From the IMG/VR virus record IMGVR_UViG_3300020204_000008: a stretch of 64,000 bases of DNA; one strand, 5' to 3'. This DNA is from a virus. The position numbers and the translations under genes were made by a program. This document shows, piece by piece, positions 55,159-64,000 of the stretch; positions within the stretch are counted from its first letter, which is position 1; each line of letters opens with the position of its first letter. The notes under the pieces are model-generated. The model was given only the letters and a program-made list of their open reading frames with translations, did not search any database and had not been told where the DNA came from.

Positions 55159-55730
55159 TACCAAAATCCAGGATAAGTTTTTCCGCCCCAAAGGTGAGCG
55201 TAGCGGTTGATGCGGCAAGCCCAATAGCCAGCCTTAGTCCGGTCCTTCTTCTCAGCACAGTTGTGTCGAGCAGCAAAGGACTTTCTGGCTTTTGGATTGG
55301 ACACTTTTGCTGTGAGTCCTCCATGCACATCACCAAACGCGATCTTAATTATTTTTTTTGTTTTAGGGTTTCTCACGTAAACGTGATACTTTTTAGTACC
55401 TCCTCTCATGGGATAGCCCAATCTAGGTGACTTTTCCTCATTAAGATCCAATACCTCAAGAGGAAGGTCTAATGGAACCGCGTGACCGTTAAATATTCCA
55501 GTAAGACCAAGATCAGTGGACTCAAAGAGTTGGCGATCGTGATCACCCAATATAAGTAGGCCAGCATAAAACTTTTGTCTAGCTTCAGTGAGTAGTTCAA
55601 GGTGAGCGTCTGAACCCGGTCGAAAAACTGATTCAGCAATGCTGATATCTCGATCAATATGATACTTTAAGCTCTCTGAGATAGCTGACTCACCAATAAA
55701 TTGAGTAAAACTTTTTATTCTAGCTTCCAT
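55158..55730 (-). CDS. late protein with targeting-like N-terminus and basic RKSFAARHNC domain
   Basis: MEARIKSFTQFIGES; KIAFGD..ARKSFAARHNC..AGYWAC. Confidence 0.75.
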   Translation of the reverse strand: MEARIKSFTQFIGESAISESLKYHIDRDISIAESVFRPGSDAHLELLTEARQKFYAGLLILGDHDRQLFESTDLGLTGIFNGHAVPLDLPLEVLDLNEEKSPRLGYPMRGGTKKYHVYVRNPKTKKIIKIAFGDVHGGLTAKVSNPKARKSFAARHNCAEKKDRTKAGYWACRINRYAHLWGGKTYPGFW

Positions 55731-55751
55731 ATTAGTTATTTATCTCTAAAA

Positions 55752-56537
55752 TTATTCAGACGGAGGATAATCTTGATCGATCCAACTATCACTAATAGTT
55801 GAACGGTCGTCTCCAGTAGTCTCACGAAGATTAAACTGCTTGATCGTGTTTCCTTTGTATATCTTAGAATGGTCATCAAAACTTGGAAAATAGGTCTCCA
55901 TGTTTAAGTCTAGGGATATGCTTACGATATTTGCATCGCTGTAGACAAAACTGTAACTCTTAGTGAATTGTGCAGTCTCAGGAAAGGTGATCTGTGCAGG
56001 TACCCTAATTCCTCTAAACTGGAAGTATCTTACTTGATTCTTATAGTAGAAATCAAAGATCTTTTCCATGATCTTAAAGGTCTTGTTGATGTTATCACTC
56101 TCGATCTTGATGTTATAGGTAAGAGCCATCGGTAGGGTAAAGAGTCTAGCCGAAAATGCCTTTAGCATCTTTTGATCGTTCTCATCCCTGACCTCCTGAT
56201 TAAAGCTACCCCGGACAAACTTGTTGGTATTATCTGACGGTTTAATGCTAAATGAGGAAAGGGTGACTACTCCCCGTGGCATCTGTTCATAGTTGCCCTC
56301 TGCATGATTGGGATACTTACAATCAGTCGGCAGGTCGATAAAAAAGTCTTTCATGAATCCCTCGTCTCCTCCAAAATTGTAGAAGAATGGAATCTCATAC
56401 TGCTCGACTTTATCGTTTCGTTTAAGATCAATGACTACTTGTCGATTTAGAAGATCAAGCATGGAAAGGGTAGCGTTTCTAAGAAATATGTCTTGAACGT
56501 TCTCGTTTCTGATGTTTTCGTTATTTGATATTTTCAT
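55752..56537 (-). CDS. tail sheath stabilizer/completion protein (T4 gp15-like)
   Basis: Position next to neck gene; IPFFY, MPRGVV, LPMALTYNI. Confidence 0.55.
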   Translation of the reverse strand: MKISNNENIRNENVQDIFLRNATLSMLDLLNRQVVIDLKRNDKVEQYEIPFFYNFGGDEGFMKDFFIDLPTDCKYPNHAEGNYEQMPRGVVTLSSFSIKPSDNTNKFVRGSFNQEVRDENDQKMLKAFSARLFTLPMALTYNIKIESDNINKTFKIMEKIFDFYYKNQVRYFQFRGIRVPAQITFPETAQFTKSYSFVYSDANIVSISLDLNMETYFPSFDDHSKIYKGNTIKQFNLRETTGDDRSTISDSWIDQDYPPSE

Positions 56538-56540
56538 GGG

Positions 56541-58685
56541 TTATCTGTTTTTAGCGATGTATGGTAGGTTAGTTTGAGGACGACAGTTATCGATCAAGAC
56601 TAACATCGATTCGTCCTTTAGAAACTGTTGGCTTAGGATAAAATCATGCTCTTCCTCCCTCAACATGGTGTTAAATATTCTGATATTTGTGATCAGGATC
56701 TTGGAACTAGGTAAGGTATAGTTTTGGGTCAAGTCAAATGTCTGTTGAGTGAATGAAGAAGTATTTGCTAAGATCCTAACAAAATCGTTGTGATTGATGA
56801 TGTCACTAGGGTCCTCCTTGATCTTGTATACGTAGGCGCCACACTGTAAAAACTCATTAGACATTGAGATCACCATCGCGTGCCAAGAATCGCTCACAAA
56901 GTTGGTGATAGTATAGGTTTTTACTAAACTATTCACTATGACTGTGATCACCAGGTCTCCTTCAGGTAGCGTTGAAGTATATCGAGTAAAGGCGGCAGTT
57001 ATCCTTACTCCCTTTGAATCAAGGTTATCGTACCCATCGATAAAGCGGATTGAGTCTGACGTGCTTGGAACATTGAATAGACAAGTAAAGCTTAAGTTTT
57101 GATTCTCTGTCAGATCAAACTTGGGTTGAGCGTTGTAGATGATGGCCGTGTTTCTAATCCTAAATTGTGCGGTCGGGACGGGTCCAGTATTATCAAATAG
57201 TATGTTCTTTTGGGTCTTAAGGCTTATGTCTCGATATGCCTCAATCCGAAGGTATCGACCCTCATCGTTGGTGCCGACGTGATTTGGAATAGAATCAAAC
57301 GGTCCTCTAACCCTGATATATCGAGTAGTGAGGCCGCTAACATTTTTGTCAGAGCTAATCAGACCTCCGTTTTTCCAAGTCAAGTAGAGATCGCTCTCCT
57401 GATATGCCAAGATCACTTGTGTGGCTGAGGTAGGTACGCCGTCCAGTCCAGGTAGGTTAAATACTTGCTGAGTGGTTGCGAGTACTGGCGAGTCATTCGT
57501 TAAGCTAACAGTAAGATCAGTCGGCAGTATCGCACCTAAATCATAATAGTTTTCGATCAGCGGAGCAAAGTTATACGTATATTTCAGAGGTCGTTGAATC
57601 AGATCAGGATGTAGGGATTTTCTGGCAGAGTCAAAGGTAGTTGTGATCTTTTTATACTGCTCTGGCATGGTCGCATCCTTAATGTCCTTTTTCACCTCAT
57701 CTCCAAATAGGTTTTCTGCGCTAAGTATCACGTTATCTAGGAAAGTTCGAGTATCGTCTGTGAGTAACATGTCGATGTTTGGGTTGTACTTCTTAAGTTG
57801 CACCTTCCAAAAGGTGGGAGCCATCATGAATCCACGATGTAGGTAAGATCCCTGGATCTCAAACATCCTGTTCAGGAGAGGAAAGTAGAGAAAATCCCGT
57901 TTACGAGGTTCAGAATTGACACCAAAGATCGATTGAAAATACTTATGATCGATTTCCACCTCAAACGGTAACTGAAAATCGATACCGAACTCTGTGTATT
58001 TTGGAACGTTGTCCGGAAAGGCATTGTCTTTTACCATCACCTTGATACACTTACGATCCACGTTTTTATAAAGAGTCCATTCTTTAAAAACATAGTCACC
58101 GCTGTCTGATTCCGGAAGCGTCCTAAAGTATACTACTTGGTGGCCGTATAATTGGTTAGTAAAGAATGAGAGCTCTTGGAACATGCCGATTGCACTATCG
58201 ACGTTGTATGGCCTAAAGCTAGGATCCCTATTTTGAATGATTGATGTACACATCTCATCGCTACAGATTACCTGTGGAGCATAAACGTTAGCCACTTGAG
58301 CAGCCTGTCTAAACCTAAGCTTGACCTCATTGATCTCGATCGGAGTGGACATAAAATCAGAAGTTCCATCATCATATTCGTATTTTACTTCAAAGTAGAA
58401 CTCATCATGCTCATCCAATAGAATACTCGCAGCGTCGCCAAGGTCTCCAGGTTCTACCTCATACCAAAGTGACCAGTCGAGCCTATTTCTAGAATACCTA
58501 AACTTTCTGCTTAAGTCATTTAGGTCCAATGTGTTTGGTACATCGATCACTAGGTCTTCAATAAAATCGGTGAACTCTATTATTCCTGACACAGGTTCAG
58601 TTGTAGAAAATATCCTAAAGTTCTTGCTAAAGGTCAAAGAATTATTTTGAGGATCTATTAATAGCTTGACGGTGGTCTTAACCAT
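56541..58685 (-). CDS. neck protein (T4 gp14-like) with C-terminal LamG-like domain
   Basis: YGHQVVYF, EFGIDF, PRKRDFLYFPLLNRMFEI; WHAMVI..NIRIFN. Confidence 0.65.
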   Translation of the reverse strand: MVKTTVKLLIDPQNNSLTFSKNFRIFSTTEPVSGIIEFTDFIEDLVIDVPNTLDLNDLSRKFRYSRNRLDWSLWYEVEPGDLGDAASILLDEHDEFYFEVKYEYDDGTSDFMSTPIEINEVKLRFRQAAQVANVYAPQVICSDEMCTSIIQNRDPSFRPYNVDSAIGMFQELSFFTNQLYGHQVVYFRTLPESDSGDYVFKEWTLYKNVDRKCIKVMVKDNAFPDNVPKYTEFGIDFQLPFEVEIDHKYFQSIFGVNSEPRKRDFLYFPLLNRMFEIQGSYLHRGFMMAPTFWKVQLKKYNPNIDMLLTDDTRTFLDNVILSAENLFGDEVKKDIKDATMPEQYKKITTTFDSARKSLHPDLIQRPLKYTYNFAPLIENYYDLGAILPTDLTVSLTNDSPVLATTQQVFNLPGLDGVPTSATQVILAYQESDLYLTWKNGGLISSDKNVSGLTTRYIRVRGPFDSIPNHVGTNDEGRYLRIEAYRDISLKTQKNILFDNTGPVPTAQFRIRNTAIIYNAQPKFDLTENQNLSFTCLFNVPSTSDSIRFIDGYDNLDSKGVRITAAFTRYTSTLPEGDLVITVIVNSLVKTYTITNFVSDSWHAMVISMSNEFLQCGAYVYKIKEDPSDIINHNDFVRILANTSSFTQQTFDLTQNYTLPSSKILITNIRIFNTMLREEEHDFILSQQFLKDESMLVLIDNCRPQTNLPYIAKNR

Positions 58686-58777
58686 TGTGGGTAGCGTGTT
58701 TAGTTTATTTATTTTAATTTTTTACTTAAACTAGTATTGGATTTTGAGTAAAAATAAATAATAAAAAGAGAAGAGCC

Positions 58778-59578
58778 TTGAAAAAAAAACAGATCTTGGA
58801 CCCACTATGGCTGACGAAAGGATCGTACTTGGATCCTGAGTACTTTAACTATGTGCTGCTTGCGGCAGGCCAAAGGTATCGTCATGACATCGAGGAAGGA
58901 AACCTAGAACACTTTTATGAGCTCTTTTTCCACAGCTTAAACCTAAATACCTTGGCATTAGAGGGTAACTTGCGAGATTTTAAGATGCACCCGGCCCTGA
59001 AGGGAGAACGAATCAAACAGATCACGGCTGAACTTAAACAAGTATTCACCAAAAAGGCTGAGATTGTTGAGATCTTTAGAAACGCAAATTACGTTTTCTT
59101 GAATCTTATCCTAGATTACATGGACATACAGCTAGATGTGATGGACAACGTTGATTTCTTTTACATGAATGAAATGATTCATGAGCAGTCTGAAATCTTC
59201 ATAGTAATCAACCAGATCGGAAGTAAAAAGTATTCTATCTGGAAGTTAACCATGGATCGTAAAAAGGACTTGGGTTACTCCCTTAAGAAGATAAAGACAA
59301 TAACTATCCAAGAAGTAAAAGAAAAAGCTCTTAGAGAGGCACTAGATAGGCTTCAGGATCCTGAATTAGAGAAGATGAAGGAACATAAGAATATTTGCTT
59401 TGCTGTCTTAGAGGGACCTCCTGAAAAGATGGTAGCCAATGTGCTTAAAGACACTATTCTCCTAAACAAAGGAATCGCTAAGGGTATTAAATTTGAGCCC
59501 ACCATCATTAATGAGATGCACGGATTACTGGTCTCAGAGAGACTCATGCCGTTTACCCTAAACCAGTGGATCTATTAA
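58778..59578 (+). CDS. hypothetical protein
   Basis: ORF track; AATAAATA upstream. Confidence 0.7.
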   Translation: MKKKQILDPLWLTKGSYLDPEYFNYVLLAAGQRYRHDIEEGNLEHFYELFFHSLNLNTLALEGNLRDFKMHPALKGERIKQITAELKQVFTKKAEIVEIFRNANYVFLNLILDYMDIQLDVMDNVDFFYMNEMIHEQSEIFIVINQIGSKKYSIWKLTMDRKKDLGYSLKKIKTITIQEVKEKALREALDRLQDPELEKMKEHKNICFAVLEGPPEKMVANVLKDTILLNKGIAKGIKFEPTIINEMHGLLVSERLMPFTLNQWIY

Positions 59579-59895
59579 ATATCGTCCTCTACCGATAGCT
59601 CAGACTCGATAAGTTTGGCTTTTACTTTAGAATAAGCGAAAGCAAAAATTGAGCTTTCGGTAAACTCTTCAAATTCAGGTGAACCCGTCTCAATCGGAAA
59701 AAATATGCTAGCGAAGAGTTTTCTACACAATACAGTAAGGTTAGGATCAAGATCTCTAGCTTCTCTATCTAGGTAGTTATTTAGTTTTACTGAGATTCCC
59801 TTACCTCTTTTAAAATCGACAGATTCGATATTTACATAGATTTCGTTAGACGGTCCAGCGTCTGTGTAAAGTTCAGTAGTGATTGTTAGTCCCAT
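59575..59895 (-). CDS. putative fibre assembly protein
   Basis: Small ORF directly after the fibre gene. Confidence 0.45.
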   Translation of the reverse strand: MGLTITTELYTDAGPSNEIYVNIESVDFKRGKGISVKLNNYLDREARDLDPNLTVLCRKLFASIFFPIETGSPEFEEFTESSIFAFAYSKVKAKLIESELSVEDDI

Positions 59896-59911
59896 TTTAT
59901 AATTTTTATTT

Positions 59912-62425
59912 TTATATGAATTCAGTTAGCGTAAAATTAAAACATATCATAGTTTGAGTATCCCATGAAAGAGCATCGACATTAGTGAATAGTATTGTGC
60001 TTGAAGTTGAACCTAAGATAACCCAAGAAACTACACCAAATCGTTCTGTAAGTCCAGGATAAGTACCGCCTTCTCGTAATTGTACTTGCATCGAACTTGT
60101 ACTCACATTAATTGAAGGATGATTTAGAGCAAGCTGCGCTCTAGTATAAGGAGGCCCACTGCCAGAAGATCCACTAAAAGCATAACTTACTGAAAAGCCA
60201 GTAGGTAACGTATCCAAATCAATAAAGTATGCTCCTAAATGAATGTTATGATTGAATCCGAATCTAATAAGTCCATGCCAAACGTTTTTAACGTATTGTG
60301 TGCTTGCATTATCGTCATTGATTGAGACGGAACCGTTAAACCTAGACGCACCTTCTGCGTAGTTATCAGTTGCACCAACTACATGATAACCATACGTTTT
60401 TCCTCCAGCCGGGCGAGCTGTTCCCATTGTGATTTTAGAACCATATGAAGCATTAGGATGGAGTAAGCCGGTCGTATTTACATTAATTAGCTGACCAACA
60501 AGATCACTAGATGGTGAACTTGTTGAATTTACTTGTATGCTGGTTACGCTACCGTAAGTTATGCCTTGAGCATTAGCAAGAGGTTGCTCAATTGTTGTCT
60601 GGGTACCTCGAATTTCAGTAGTAGCATTCGGTAAATAATCAGTGATCTCTATTTGATTACCTCTAATTGTTCCTCCACTTCCCGAACTTAAATCTGGTGC
60701 AAGTTGAAAATAATTACCAAATACTTGTCTACTTGATCCAAGAAAATCCGAAGAACTATCTAGCTGTATCCTATTTCCATAGAAATTTCCATTATGTGAT
60801 ATGTTGGTAGCTAAAGTTAAATCTAAATCTATTCCTGTAAAATTTCCATTGATAGTTGATGTGCCAGTAAAAGAGGTTGAGCTTCCTTTAAAACTGCTCA
60901 TGGTATTAGTTCCAGTAAACTGAAGGTTATTACCTGTAAAAAGACTCATCTTATTCGTTCCAGAAAATGCACTACTTTGTAAAACAACAGCTGGTGTGTG
61001 CGCTGAAAAAAGATCATTGATTGTGGTGGCATTGACTGCAAGAAAACCAATGGATCCAAAAGAAAGATTATCAAGCTGAGAAAGAGAAACTATTTTTAGT
61101 GCAGCAGAGCCAGTTTCGTAAATGTGATGAGTTGTATTAGCATCTGGTGTAGCTATCCCTATTCCTACTTTACCCTCAACGATCAGTCCATTTGCTGGAG
61201 CAGTCAGGTCCTCAAATCCTGAACCGATTGCTAGCCCGTCTACTACGTTAGCATCACCATTGATGAATGCTCCTTTATTAAGAAGAATCACACCGTCTAC
61301 GCCAGAGTTTGAATCTAACATAAGATGATTCTTGCCGCTAAGCTTAGCGTTTAAGCTTGAATAGTCTAGAGCCAAACCTAGAGTCGCATTGATAGATGAA
61401 TTAGTAGTCGAAACATGAATACCGTCGGCTACGATATGCGTGTGAGCTGGACTACGCTCGACAATGGCGTCAGCCGATGCTAACACTACCGATAACTCTT
61501 CTCTTATTGGAGACATGCCCTCATTATTCCACTTAGGAAATAGGAACTCAAACGCTCCATTCTGATCGATGTCTAAAATAGATTGGCTCTCAGTATAGGA
61601 TAGAGAAAATCTTGCAGTATTGATCCATGAATTGGTCGCCGGTAAATACGGAGGTAATATCGGATCGATATATTGTTTGTAAAACTTTACCTTTAGGTTA
61701 TGTTTAAGGTCGCTGTATTTAATGGTACCGATCGGAATCACGTCGTTGTCCATATAGAGAGAACCGAGTTCAAGATGATATCGACCGGTCTGTGCCTTTC
61801 CTGAAAGCTGAGTATCTTCGTGTGCAGGAACAATGGATAATAAAGAATTGTACTGAGATTGACCTAAGGTCGGATAAAGCAGATCCGCTTCATCAAAATT
61901 ATTTAAGAACAATATATTATTTAACGAAGTATTTGCCGCTCCTCTAGTAGTATCGACTAGCGAGTTATCACGTTTATCAAATAGGATAAACTTATTAACG
62001 GCAGTTGAACCAGGATTCTGGGTAGTAGTGACTGTCTCAAATGGAACGGACGATAAGCTAGTAAGATATGCGTTTACGATGGCTGCAATGCTTACGACTT
62101 GTGTCCAAATACTGGTTCCATCATCGTATTTCCACACTTGAAAGACGTTGGACGTCTGATCAAGATAGAGATCGCCATCGATCAATCCGGTAAAAGTAAG
62201 AGTGTTTGGATCTCCAGAATCAACCCACCAAGTAGCTCCACGATCTCCTTGCGGACCGAGCAGTCCGACTGGTCCGGCTGGACCCTGTGGGCCAGTTAGT
62301 CCGATTGGGCCAGGCGAACCTACTCCAAGCTCAAGTAATTTATTATAATTGAAGTTTAACTTATCAACTAGTATTTCTTGAGGGTCTGATGAAAATATTT
62401 CCTTTAGGTTTATTCTAATTGGCAT
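59912..62425 (-). CDS. tail fibre protein with collagen-like repeat
   Basis: GSPGPIGLTGPQGPAGPVGLLGPQGDRG; GDLYLD; GKVGIG; beta-helix region. Confidence 0.8.
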   Translation of the reverse strand: MPIRINLKEIFSSDPQEILVDKLNFNYNKLLELGVGSPGPIGLTGPQGPAGPVGLLGPQGDRGATWWVDSGDPNTLTFTGLIDGDLYLDQTSNVFQVWKYDDGTSIWTQVVSIAAIVNAYLTSLSSVPFETVTTTQNPGSTAVNKFILFDKRDNSLVDTTRGAANTSLNNILFLNNFDEADLLYPTLGQSQYNSLLSIVPAHEDTQLSGKAQTGRYHLELGSLYMDNDVIPIGTIKYSDLKHNLKVKFYKQYIDPILPPYLPATNSWINTARFSLSYTESQSILDIDQNGAFEFLFPKWNNEGMSPIREELSVVLASADAIVERSPAHTHIVADGIHVSTTNSSINATLGLALDYSSLNAKLSGKNHLMLDSNSGVDGVILLNKGAFINGDANVVDGLAIGSGFEDLTAPANGLIVEGKVGIGIATPDANTTHHIYETGSAALKIVSLSQLDNLSFGSIGFLAVNATTINDLFSAHTPAVVLQSSAFSGTNKMSLFTGNNLQFTGTNTMSSFKGSSTSFTGTSTINGNFTGIDLDLTLATNISHNGNFYGNRIQLDSSSDFLGSSRQVFGNYFQLAPDLSSGSGGTIRGNQIEITDYLPNATTEIRGTQTTIEQPLANAQGITYGSVTSIQVNSTSSPSSDLVGQLINVNTTGLLHPNASYGSKITMGTARPAGGKTYGYHVVGATDNYAEGASRFNGSVSINDDNASTQYVKNVWHGLIRFGFNHNIHLGAYFIDLDTLPTGFSVSYAFSGSSGSGPPYTRAQLALNHPSINVSTSSMQVQLREGGTYPGLTERFGVVSWVILGSTSSTILFTNVDALSWDTQTMICFNFTLTEFI

Positions 62426-62426
62426 A

Positions 62427-64000
62427 TTAGATGAATTTAATTTTTATCTTTGGACTTATCGATAGACCTGAACCCGGTTTCTTTAAGAAACTAAATTGAA
62501 GTATCAACTTATCTTTTTTATTTATTTGCAATGACTTTAGTATCTCGTATCCTTGAGTAAAGCGTTTCTTGTCGTCTAGGAACACGAATTCTATTGCATT
62601 GGGATTTGAACTAGCTTGTTGATTGGTTGCAACCAGTGAGGCGTCTTCCTTTGCATACAAGGCATTTATATCAATATCATACAACTTTAAGATATTAAGT
62701 TTTATGTATTCTCTGACGTATGAAGAAACATTTATGTCAGGATCTGATATGTTGGTAAAATTACCGATGTATTGGTTTGAGTTTATCAAGTACTCATTGA
62801 ATTTTTCAGCGATGCCGTCTTCGATCAGGAATCGAGTAAGCACGTTATTTACGTTAATGATTCCTTCAACCGCGGTCGGAGTCTCCTTCGCAACGATCTC
62901 AACTTTAGAAACGTCGACTGATTTGAACTCTACTGAAGGATCTATGAATTGAATCTTAAAATCATTAAGTTCTATGATCTCAGGCAGAGTGATCAATTTA
63001 GCTAAGAATGAATCGTCCTCCTCTATTCGTAGTGCTCCAGAAACCGGCGAGTACTGCTCTTTGTTTGAATATCGATAATGAAAGCCCCAGTCCCAGTTTC
63101 CTCTAAGTAAGAAATAATCTGCTTGACCAATTGCTACTTCGCTGATTTTAGGATAGATCGGTAAGTATGATTCGTCTGATTCTAGCACTAGGACTTGAGT
63201 GTCTGCAACCTTGATATGATTGAAGTTTTGGATAGTCAATAGATTTGAGATATCTGAATTTATCTTAGTGTTACTTAATGAAAGGTCATTGATTAGATTC
63301 TTTTTAAATTTATAGTTTGATTTATACACTGAGTAGTTTCGAATGATTGGCTCGTATTCTCCTTTGTATCGATTTAATTCGTATTTTACAGGAAGATTTG
63401 CGACTTCATAGTCAGTGCCGATTTCTTCCTGACCAGAAAACTGAATAGGAATGCTTGTTGTATAATTGGTGATCAGCTGATTTTGCTTTTCAATTGAGCT
63501 TAAGTCTAGAATTTCTAGATAAAAATTAGGATCAGTATTAAGTACTGAAGTACCGGTTTGATCAAGAGAATACGATGAGTATTCTATGATAATATCTAGA
63601 GAATTAACGTATTGTTTAAACTTAGCAAAGGATATTTTTTCAAATAACTTTTCAAAGTAGCCTTCTCCACCAGTTAAAACTTTAAATACAAAGTTTTGAT
63701 TGATGAATGCGGATGTGCTAGTTGGTAAAATTCCATATATAGTTAAGGAGGGTAGAACAAGCCCTACGTTATAATTGATTCCATCATAGTGGACAAACTT
63801 TTCTAAAGAATAGTCAATTGGATTAATTAACGGAACAGTCGGCACGAACCCAACAAACCCACACATAAAAAGATCAAAATTAGTGCTAAGGTCCTTCATA
63901 AAAACTAGGGTCGAGCTCTTAGGATTGATGATGTCATCAGTAAGAGAACCTAAATAATTTGGAGTATTTAGATTGGGCAGGGCCTTTATCGTGTAATCTG
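62427..64000 (-). CDS. large structural protein, 5'-truncated by window edge
   Basis: Frame remains open from 63899 to 64000. Confidence 0.7.
   Translation of the reverse strand, partial: DYTIKALPNLNTPNYLGSLTDDIINPKSSTLVFMKDLSTNFDLFMCGFVGFVPTVPLINPIDYSLEKFVHYDGINYNVGLVLPSLTIYGILPTSTSAFINQNFVFKVLTGGEGYFEKLFEKISFAKFKQYVNSLDIIIEYSSYSLDQTGTSVLNTDPNFYLEILDLSSIEKQNQLITNYTTSIPIQFSGQEEIGTDYEVANLPVKYELNRYKGEYEPIIRNYSVYKSNYKFKKNLINDLSLSNTKINSDISNLLTIQNFNHIKVADTQVLVLESDESYLPIYPKISEVAIGQADYFLLRGNWDWGFHYRYSNKEQYSPVSGALRIEEDDSFLAKLITLPEIIELNDFKIQFIDPSVEFKSVDVSKVEIVAKETPTAVEGIINVNNVLTRFLIEDGIAEKFNEYLINSNQYIGNFTNISDPDINVSSYVREYIKLNILKLYDIDINALYAKEDASLVATNQQASSNPNAIEFVFLDDKKRFTQGYEILKSLQINKKDKLILQFSFLKKPGSGLSISPKIKIKFI

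Noticed and set aside
9954-62952. Numerous antisense ORFs (e.g. 9954, 25612, 32373, 35881, 43548, 62623)
   Set aside because: Shadow frames fully overlapping well-supported genes on the other strand.
1-64000. Genome-wide TAG recoding (alternative genetic code)
   Set aside because: Many genes end in TAG with the next gene starting immediately (e.g. 242, 6672, 18399, 52897); long genes are intact in code 11; only one in-frame TAG seen.

Overview
This window is a 64-kb segment of a large, T4-like (myovirus-type) jumbo phage genome; the host is most likely Bacteroidota. Host evidence: no Shine-Dalgarno sites and A-rich start contexts, a phage bS21, a DUF4494-like gene and a T9SS-substrate-type domain. 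Layout: (1) 1-4750 is a minus-strand array of small early genes, each with a repeated promoter, a helically phased GAGAC box and intrinsic terminators. (2) 4750-5500 is a GC-rich non-coding strand-switch region packed with CCWGG and CTAG sites. (3) 5650-26720 holds mostly late-promoter (GATAAATA) genes, plus a sigma70-like factor, a GH19 endolysin and holin candidate, a tRNA/tRNA-like/structured-RNA cluster, an ATP-dependent DNA ligase, a NUDIX hydrolase and bS21. (4) 27500-30100 is a glycosyltransferase/MBD4-like glycosylase/FkbM methyltransferase unit. (5) 30500-64000 is morphogenesis: gp26-like hub chaperone with a probable programmed frameshift, ECF-like sigma, terminase, gp6-like baseplate, fibres, a sulfotransferase/GT cassette, and gp15- and gp14-like proteins. 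The strongest cross-cutting signal is that about 20 unrelated proteins carry a short N-terminal motif resembling the T4 capsid-targeting sequence (MKTYQEFIAE), usually behind a late promoter, with internal and C-terminal copies in three more. This points to a large virion-packaged, injected cargo set. All product calls come from reading motifs by eye; no database searches were run.
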